64,000 nt of DNA, from the NCBI RefSeq assembly GCF_009914755.1, contig NC_060927.1, one strand, 5' to 3'. Position numbers and translations under genes: made by a program. The stretch comes from the human T2T-CHM13v2.0 reference genome, Homo sapiens. Positions 55,501 through 64,000 of the stretch are shown piece by piece (position 1 is the stretch's first letter; every line of letters starts with the position of its first letter). The notes under the pieces are model-generated. The model searched no databases and was not told the origin of the DNA. It was given only the letters and a program-made list of their open reading frames with translations.

Positions 55501-58500
55501 GAATTCTCCACTTGCAAATTCCACAAAAAGTGGGTTTCCAATCTGCTCTGCCTAAAGGAAGGTTCAACTCTGTGAGTTGAATACACACACACAAAGAAGC
55601 TACTGAGAATTCTTTTGTCAAGAATTATAAGAAGAAATCCCGTTTCCAACGAAGGCCTCAAAGAGTTCCAAATATCCACTTGCACACTGTACAAACTAAG
55701 TCTTTCCAAACTGCTCTATGCAAGGAAATGTTCAACTCTGTGAGTTTAATGCACACATCACAAAGCAGTTTCTGAGAATGATTCCCTCTAGTTTTTATAC
55801 GAAGATAGCCTTTTCTACCATTGGCCTCAAGGCTCTTGGAATCTCCACCTGAAAATTCCGCAAAAAGCGTGTTTCCAATCCGCTCTGTCTAAAGGAAGGT
55901 TCAACTCTCTGAGTTGAATACATACATCCCAAAAGAAGTTACTGAGAATTCTTCTGTCTAGCATTATGTGAAGAAATCCCGTTTCCAACGAAAGCCTCAA
56001 AGAGGTCCAAATATCCAGTTGCAGAATTTACAAACTGACTGTTTCCAAACTCATCTATGAAAAGAAAGGTTAAACTCTGTGAGTTGAATGCACATATCAC
56101 AAAGTAGTTCCTGACAATGACTCTGTCTAGTTTTTATACGAAGATATTCCCTTTTCCACCAATGGCCACAAAGTGCTTGAAATCTCCCCTTGCAAATTCC
56201 ACAGAAAAGTGTTTCAAATCTGTACTGTCTCAAGGAAGGTTCAACCCTGTGAGTTGAATACACACACACAGAAAAAAATTCACTGAGAATTCTATTGTCT
56301 ATCATTACCCGAAGAAATCCCGTTTACTACGAAGGCCTCAAAGAGGTCCAAATATCCAGCTGCAGACATTCCAAACTGACTGTTTCCAAAGTGCTCTATG
56401 AAAAGAAGTGTTAAACACTGTGAGTTCAATGCACACATCCCAAAGCAGTTTCTGAGAATGATTCCGTCTATTTTTTCTACGAAGATATTTGCTTTTCTAC
56501 CGTTGGCCTCAAAGCGCTTGAAATCTCCACTTGCAAATTCCACAAAAAGAGAGTTTCAAATCTGCTCTGTCTAAAGGAAGGTTCAACTCTGTGAGTTGAA
56601 CACACACCACAAAAAGAAGTTACTGAGAATTCTTCTGTCTAGCATTATATGAAAAATCCCGTTTCCAACGAAGGCCACAAAGAGGTCCAAATATCCACTT
56701 GCAGATTCTGCAAAAAGAGTGTCTCCAAACTGCTCTATGAAAAGAAACGTTAAACTCTGTGAGTTGAACGCAAACATCACAAAGTAGTTTCTGAGAATGA
56801 CTCCGTCTAGTTTTTATACGAAGATATTTCCTTTTCTACCGTTGGCCTCAAAGCGCTTGAAGTCTCCCCCTGAAAATTCCACAAAAAGTGTTTCCAATCT
56901 GCTCCGCCTAAAGGAAGCTTCAACTCTGTGAGTTGAATACCCACAACACAAAGAAGTTACTGAGAATTCTTCTGTCTAGCATTATATGAAGAAATCCCGT
57001 TTCCAACGAAGGCCTCAAATACATCCAAATATCCAGTGGCTGACTTTACAAACTGAGTGTTTCCAAGCTGCTCTATGAAAGGAAAGGTTAAACACTGTGA
57101 GTTGAACACACACGTACCAAAGTAGTTTCTGAGAATGATTCTGTCTAGTTGGCATACGAAGATATTTCCTTTTCTACCATTGGCCTCAATGCTTTGAAAT
57201 CTCCACTTGCAAATTCCACAAAAAGAGAGTTTCATATCTGCTGTTTCTAAAGGAAAGTTCAACTCTGAGAGTTGAATACACACCAGAAAAACCAGTTACT
57301 GAGAAGTCTTCTGTCTAGCATTATATGAAGAAATCCCATTTCCAACGAAGACTTCAAAGAGGTCCAAATATCCACTTCCAGATTCCGCAAAAAGGGTGTT
57401 TCGAAACAACTGTATGAAAAGAAAGGTTAAACACTGTGAGTTGAAGGCACACATTGCAAAGCAGTTTCTGAGAATGATTCCATCTAATTATTATACGAAG
57501 GTATTTCCTTTTCTATCATGGGCCTCAAAGCGCTTGATACCTCCACGTGAACATTCCACAAAAAGAGTGTTTCCAATCTACTCTGTCTAAGGGAACGTTC
57601 AACTCTGTGAGTTGAGTACACACACACAGAAAGAATTCACTGAGAGTTCTTCTGTCTGGGATTACATGAAGAAATCCCGTTTCCAACGAAGGCCTCAAAG
57701 AGGTCCAAATATCCACTTGCAGATTCTGGAAAAAGAGTGTTTCAAAACCGCTCTATGAAAAGGAATGTTGAACTCTGTGAGTTGAATGCAAACATCACAA
57801 CTCAGTTTCTGAGAATGCTTCTGACTAGATTTTATGGTCAGATATTTCCTTTTCTACCGTAGGCCTCAATGCCCTCTAAATACACCCTTGCAAATTCTAC
57901 AAAGAGACTGTTTAATAACTGCTCTATAGGAAGAAAGGTTGAACTCTGTGAGTTGAATGCAGAGATCACAACGTGGTTTCGGCGAATGATTCTTTGCAGT
58001 TTTTACATGAAGATATTTCGTTGTCTACCGTAGGCTTCAAAGCACTCAAAGTATTCACTTGGAACTTTTACAAAAAGAGTGTTAGAAAACTGCTCTTTCC
58101 GAAGTAAGGTTCAACTCTGTGAGTTGAATGCACACATAACAAACAAGAAGTTTCTGAGAATTCTTCTGTCCTGGTTTATATGAAAAAATCCCGTTTCCAA
58201 CGAAGGCCTCAAAGACGTTTAAATATCCTCTTGCAGACTTCACAAACAGAGTGTTTCCAAACTGCTCTATGAAAAGAAAGGTTAAACTCTGTGAGTTGAA
58301 CGCACACATCACAAAGTAGTTTCTGAGAATGATACTGTCTAGTTTTTATACGGAGATATTTCCTTTCCTACCATTGGCGTCAAAGCGCTAGAATTCTCCA
58401 CTTGCAAATTCCACAAAAAGTGGGTTTCCAATCTGCTCTGCCTAAAGGAAGGTTCAACTCTGTGAGTTGAATACACACACACAAAGAAGCTACTGAGAAT

Positions 58501-61500
58501 TCTTTTGTCAAGAATTATAAGAAGAAATCCCGTTTCCAACGAAGGCCTCAAAGAGTTCCAAATATCCACTTGCACACTGTACAAACTAAGTCTTTCCAAA
58601 CTGCTCTATGCAAAGAAATGTTCAACTCTGTGAGTTTAATGCACACATCACAAAGCAGTTTCTGAGAATGATTCCCTCTAGTTTTTATACGAAGATAGCC
58701 TTTTCTACCATTGGCCTCAAGGCTCTTGGAATCTCCACCTGAAAACTCCGCAAAAAGCGTGTTTCCAATCCGGTCTGTCTAAAGGAAGGTTCAACTCTCT
58801 GAGTTGAATACATACATCCCAAAAGAAGTTACTGAGAATTCTTCTGTCTAGCATTATGTGAAGAAATCCCGTTTCCAACGAAAGCCTCAAAGAGGTCCAA
58901 ATATCCAGTTGCAGAATTTACAAACTGACTGTTTCCAAACTCATCTATGAAAAGAAAGGTTAAACTCTGTGAGTTGAATGCACATATCACAAAGTAGTTC
59001 CTGACAATGACTCTGTCTAGTTTTTATACGAAGATATTCCCTTTTCCACCAATGGCCACAAAGTGCTTGAAATCTCCCCTTGCAAATTCCACAGAAAAGT
59101 GTTTCAAATCTGTACTGTCTGAAGGAAGGTTCAACCCTGTGAGTTGAATACACACACACAGAAAAAAATTCACTGAGAATTCTATTGTCTATCATTACCC
59201 GAAGAAATCCCGTTTACTACGAAGGCCTCAAAGAGGTCCAAATATCCAGCTGCAGACATTCCAAACTGACTGTTTCCAAAGTGCTCTATGAAAAGAAGTG
59301 TTAAACACTGTGAGTTCAATGCACACATCCCAAAGCAGTTTCTGAGAATGATTCCGTCTATTTTTTCTACGAAGATATTTCCTTTTCTACCGTTGGCCTC
59401 AAAGCGCTTGAAATCTCCACTTGCAAATTCCACAAAAAGAGAGTTTCAAATCTGCTCTGTCTAAAGGAAGGTTCAACTCTGTGAGTTGAACACACACCAC
59501 AAAAAGAAGTTACTGAGAATTCTTCTGTCTAGCATTATATGAAAAATCCCGTTTCCAACGAAGGCCACAAAGAGGTCCAAATATCCACTTGCAGATTCTG
59601 CAAAAAGAGTGTCTCCAAACTGCTCTATGAAAAGAAACGTTAAACTCTGTGAGTTGAACGCAAACATCACAAAGTAGTTTCTGAGAATGACTCCGTCTAG
59701 TTTTTATACGAAGATATTTCCTTTTCTACCGTTGGCCTCAAAGCGCTTGAAATCTCCCCCTGAAAATTCCACAAAAAGTGTTTCCAATCTGCTCCGCCTA
59801 AAGGAAGCTTCAACTCTGTGAGTTGAATACCCACAACACAAAGAAGTTACTGAGAATTCTTCTGTCTAGCATTATATGAAGAAATCCCGTTTCCAACGAA
59901 GGCCTCAAATACATCCAAATATCCAGTGGCTGACTTTACAAACTGAGTGTTTCCAAGCTGCTCTATGAAAGGAAAGGTTAAACACTGTGAGTTGAACACA
60001 CACGTACCAAAGTAATTTCTGAGAATGATTCTGTCTAGTTGGCATACGAAGATATTTCCTTTTCTACCATTGGCCTCAATGCTTTGAAATCTCCACTTGC
60101 AAATTCCACAAAAAGAGAGTTTCATATCTGCTGTTTCTAAAGGAAAGTTCAACTCTGAGAGTTGAATACACACCAGAAAAACCAGTTACTGAGAAGTCTT
60201 CTGTCTAGCATTATATGAAGAAATCCCATTTCCAACGAAGACTTCAAAGAGGTCCAAATATCCACTTCCAGATTCCGCAAAAAGGGTGTTTCGAAACAAC
60301 TGTATGAAAAGAAAGGTTAAACACTGTGAGTTGAAGGCACACATTGCAAAGCAGTTTCTGAGAATGATTCCATCTAATTATTATACGAAGGTATTTCCTT
60401 TTCTATCATGGGCCTCAAAGCGCTTGATACCTCCACGTGAACATTCCACAAAAAGAGTGTTTCCAATCTACTCTGTCTAAGGGAACGTTCAACTCTGTGA
60501 GTTGAGTACACACACACAGAAAGAATTCACTGAGAGTTCTTCTGTCTGGGATTACATGAAGAAATCCCGTTTCCAACGAAGGCCTCAAAGAGGTCCAAAT
60601 ATCCACTTGCAGATTCTGGAAAAAGAGTGTTTCAAAACCGCTCTATGAAAAGGAATGTTGAACTCTGTGAGTTGAATGCAAACATCACAACTCAGTTTCT
60701 GAGAATGCTTCTGACTAGATTTTATGGTCAGATATTTCCTTTTCTACCGTAGGCCTCAATGCCCTCTAAATACACCCTTGCAAATTCTACAAAGAGACTG
60801 TTTAATAACTGCTCTATAGGAAGAAAGGTTGAACTCTGTGAGTTGAATGCAGAGATCACAACGTGGTTTCGGCGAATGATTCTTTGCAGTTTTTACATGA
60901 AGATATTTCGTTGTCTACCGTAGGCTTCAAAGCACTCAAAGTATTCACTTGGAACTTTTACAAAAAGAGTGTTAGAAAACTGCTCTTTCCGAAGTAAGGT
61001 TCAACTCTGTGAGTTGAATGCACACATAACAAACAAGAAGTTTCTGAGAATTCTTCTGTCCTGGTTTATATGAAAAAATCCCGTTTCCAACGAAGGCCTC
61101 AAAGACGTTTAAATATCCACTTGCAGACTTCACAAACAGAGTGTTTCCAAACTGCTCTATGAAAAGAAAGGTTAAACTCTGTGAGTTGAACGCACACATC
61201 ACAAAGTAGTTTCTGAGAATGATACTGTCTAGTTTTTATACGGAGATATTTCCTTTCCTACCATTGGCGTCAAAGCGCTAGAATTCTCCACTTGCAAATT
61301 CCACAAAAAGTGGGTTTCCAATCTGCTCTGCCTAAAGGAAGGTTCAACTCTGTGAGTTGAATACACACACACAAAGAAGCTACTGAGAATTCTTTTGTCA
61401 AGAATTATAAGAAGAAATCCCGTTTCCAACGAAGGCCTCAAAGAGTTCCAAATATCCACTTGCACACTGTACAAACTAAGTCTTTCCAAACTGCTCTATG

Positions 61501-63579
61501 CAAAGAAATGTTCAACTCTGTGAGTTTAATGCACACATCACAAAGCAGTTTCTGAGAATGATTCCCTCTAGTTTTTATACGAAGATAGCCTTTTCTACCA
61601 TTGGCCTCAAGGCTCTTGGAATCTCCACCTGAAAATTCCGCAAAAAGCGTGTTTCCAATCCGCTCTGTCTAAAGGAAGGTTCAACTCTCTGAGTTGAATA
61701 CATACATCCCAAAAGAAGTTACTGAGAATTCTTCTGTCTAGCATTATGTGAAGAAATCCCGTTTCCAACGAAAGCCTCAAAGAGGTCCAAATATCCAGTT
61801 GCAGAATTTACAAACTGACTGTTTCCAAACTCATCTATGAAAAGAAAGGTTAAACTCTGTGAGTTGAATGCACATATCACAAAGTAGTTCCTGACAATGA
61901 CTCTGTCTAGTTTTTATACGAAGATATTCCCTTTTCCACCAATGGCCACAAAGTGCTTGAAATCTCCCCTTGCAAATTCCACAGAAAAGTGTTTCAAATC
62001 TGTACTGTCTGAAGGAAGGTTCAACCCTGTGAGTTGAATACACACACACAGAAAAAAATTCACTGAGAATTCTATTGTCTATCATTACCCGAAGAAATCC
62101 CGTTTACTACGAAGGCCTCAAAGAGGTCCAAATATCCAGCTGCAGACATTCCAAACTGACTGTTTCCAAAGTGCTCTATGAAAAGAAGTGTTAAACACTG
62201 TGAGTTCAATGCACACATCCCAAAGCAGTTTCTGAGAATGATTCCGTCTATTTTTTCTACGAAGATATTTCCTTTTCTACCGTTGGCCTCAAAGCGCTTG
62301 AAATCTCCACTTGCAAATTCCACAAAAAGAGAGTTTCAAATCTGCTCTGTCTAAAGGAAGGTTCAACTCTGTGAGTTGAATACACACCACAAAAAGAAGT
62401 TACTGAGAATTCTTCTGTCTAGCATTATATGAAAAATCCCGTTTCCAACGAAGGCCACAAAGAGGTCCAAATATCCACTTGCAGATTCTGCAAAAAGAGT
62501 GTCTCCAAACTGCTCTATGAAAAGAAACGTTAAACTCTGTGAGTTGAACGCAAACATCACAAAGTAGTTTCTGAGAATGACTCCGTCTAGTTTTTATACG
62601 AAGATATTTCCTTTTCTACCGTTGGCCTCAAAGCGCTTGAAGTCTCCCCCTGAAAATTCCACAAAAAGTGTTTCCAATCTGCTCCGCCTAAAGGAAGCTT
62701 CAACTCTGTGAGTTGAATACCCACAACACAAAGAAGTTACTGAGAATTCTTCTGTCTAGCATTATATGAAGAAATCCCGTTTCCAACGAAGGACTCAAAT
62801 ACATCCAAATATCCAGTGGCTGACTTTACAAACTGAGTGTTTCCAAGCTGCTCTATGAAAGGAAAGGTTAAACACTGTGAGTTGAACACACACGTACCAA
62901 AGTAGTTTCTGAGAATGATTCTGTCTAGTTGGCATACGAAGATATTTCCTTTTCTACCATTGGCCTCAATGCTTTGAAATCTCCACTTGCAAATTCCACA
63001 AAAAGAGAGTTTCATATCTGCTGTTTCTAAAGGAAAGTTCAACTCTGAGAGTTGAATACACACCAGAAAAACCAGTTACTGAGAAGTCTTCTGTCTAGCA
63101 TTATATGAAGAAATCCCATTTCCAACGAAGACTTCAAAGAGGTCCAAATATCCACTTCCAGATTCCGCAAAAAGGGTGTTTCGAAACAACTGTATGAAAA
63201 GAAAGGTTAAACACTGTGAGTTGAAGGCACACATTGCAAAGCAGTTTCTGAGAATGATTCCATCTAATTATTATACGAAGGTATTTCCTTTTCTATCATG
63301 GGCCTCAAAGCGCTTGATACCTCCACGTGAACATTCCACAAAAAGAGTGTTTCCAATCTACTCTGTCTAAGGGAACGTTCAACTCTGTGAGTTGAGTACA
63401 CACACACAGAAAGAATTCACTGAGAGTTCTTCTGTCTGGGATTACATGAAGAAATCCCGTTTCCAACGATGGCCTCAAAGAGGTCCAAATATCCACTTGC
63501 AGATTCTGGAAAAAGAGTGTTTCAAAACCGCTCTATGAAAAGGAATGTTGAACTCTGTGAGTTGAATGCAAACATCACA

Positions 63580-64000
63580 ACTCAGTTTCTGAGAATGCTT
63601 CTGACTAGATTTTATGGTCAGATATTTCCTTTTCTACCGTAGGCCTCAATGCCCTCTAAATACACCCTTGCAAATTCTACAAAGAGACTGTTTAATAACT
63701 GCTCTATAGGAAGAAAGGTTGAACTCTGTGAGTTGAATGCAGAGATCACAACGTGGTTTTGGCGAATGATTCTTTGCAGTTTTTACATGAAGATAATTCG
63801 TTGTCTACCGTAGGCTTCAAAGCACTCAAAGTATTCACTTGGAACTTTTACAAAAAGAGTGTTAGAAAACTGCTCTTTCCGAAGTAAGGTTCAACTCTGT
63901 GAGTTGAATGCACACATAACAAACAAGAAGTTTCTGAGAATTCTTCTGTCCTGGTTTATATGAAAAAATCCCGTTTCCAACGAAGGCCTCAAAGACGTTT
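63580..64000 (-). repeat. Partial HOR copy 23 (truncated by window end)
   Basis: Same phase motif at 63580; haplotype B alleles (AGGCCTCAAT, TCTTTGCAGT, GAAGTAAGG). Confidence 0.95.

Larger units (their letters stand above)
5780..63579 (-). repeat. HOR copies 3-22, each exactly 2,890 bp
   Basis: Phase motif ACTCAGTTTCTGAGAATGCTTCTGACTAG at 5780, 8670, 11560, 14450, 17340, 20230, 23120, 26010, 28900, 31790, 34680, 37570, 40460, 43350, 46240, 49130, 52020, 54910, 57800, 60690, 63580. Confidence 0.95.
1..64000 (-). repeat. Centromeric alpha-satellite HOR array (17-mer, 2,890 bp unit), probably human chromosome 3 D3Z1 / S01/1C3H1L
   Basis: Tandem ~171-bp monomers carry the alphoid hallmarks (TTCTGAGAAT, AACTCTGTGAGTTGAA, TCCACTTGCA). 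ORF coordinates and sequence recur every 2,890 bp. The + strand shows TCCCGTTTCCAACGAAG, the reverse complement of the CENP-B box, so the conventional alphoid strand is minus. Alpha satellite is certain. The D3Z1 name rests on recalled 17-mer/2.9-kb dimeric structure (about 0.85). Confidence 0.97.
9223..64000. repeat. HOR haplotype B block (highly homogeneous), interrupted by two A-type patches
   Basis: Alleles CGGAGAT, TGGGTTT, CTGACAATGACTC, ATCATTACCC, CCAAACTGAC, GTCTCCAAAC, ATCCAGTGGC, GGCATACG, TTCATATCTG, GATTCCGCAAAAAGGG, GTTGAGTACA, TCTGGG, AGATTCTGGA. Confidence 0.85.

Noticed and set aside
204-63496. Numerous 63-108 aa ORFs on both strands
   Set aside because: They recur every 2,890 bp, overlap in several frames, often start at non-ATG codons, and gain or lose stops through single SNVs. 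They are typical translations of alpha satellite with no coding signal.
1-64000. CRISPR-like array (conserved motifs separated by variable sequence)
   Set aside because: The apparent spacers are homologous parts of 171-bp monomers and repeat in each HOR. There are no unique spacers, leader or cas genes.
1-64000. Transposon insertion, inversion or truncated HOR variant
   Set aside because: The register is unbroken at 2,890 bp, all CENP-B boxes lie on the same strand, and I saw no non-alphoid sequence, poly-A tail or target-site duplication.
1-64000. A novel gene-encoded biological system
   Set aside because: The sequence is entirely a known class of centromeric satellite. Any novelty is limited to the local duplication and haplotype architecture.

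Overview
The whole 64 kb is one uninterrupted, single-orientation array of primate centromeric alpha satellite, almost certainly human. It is built from a 17-monomer higher-order repeat (HOR) of 2,890 bp: 22 complete copies plus a 421-bp partial, with phase points at 1, 2890, 5780, 8670 ... 63580. CENP-B boxes (read on the minus strand) occupy every second monomer, with one A-A irregularity per HOR. A dimeric 17-mer of about 2.9 kb best matches the chromosome 3 array D3Z1 (S01/1C3H1L); this assignment comes from recall, not a database search. There are no genes: every ORF in the track is a repeating satellite artefact. I found no transposon insertion, inversion or truncated HOR, and no new gene-based system. 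The interesting signal is in the SNV pattern between HOR copies: (1) a boundary between two HOR haplotypes near 9.0-9.2 kb; (2) a ~1.8-kb old-haplotype patch that reappears at +9 and +15 HORs; (3) nested super-repeats of 2 HORs (5,780 bp) and 6 HORs (17,340 bp); (4) duplicated ~1.5-kb CENP-B-box-free gaps; and (5) a cluster of private A:T transversions at the inferred duplication junction. All variant calls were made by eye and need alignment to confirm.
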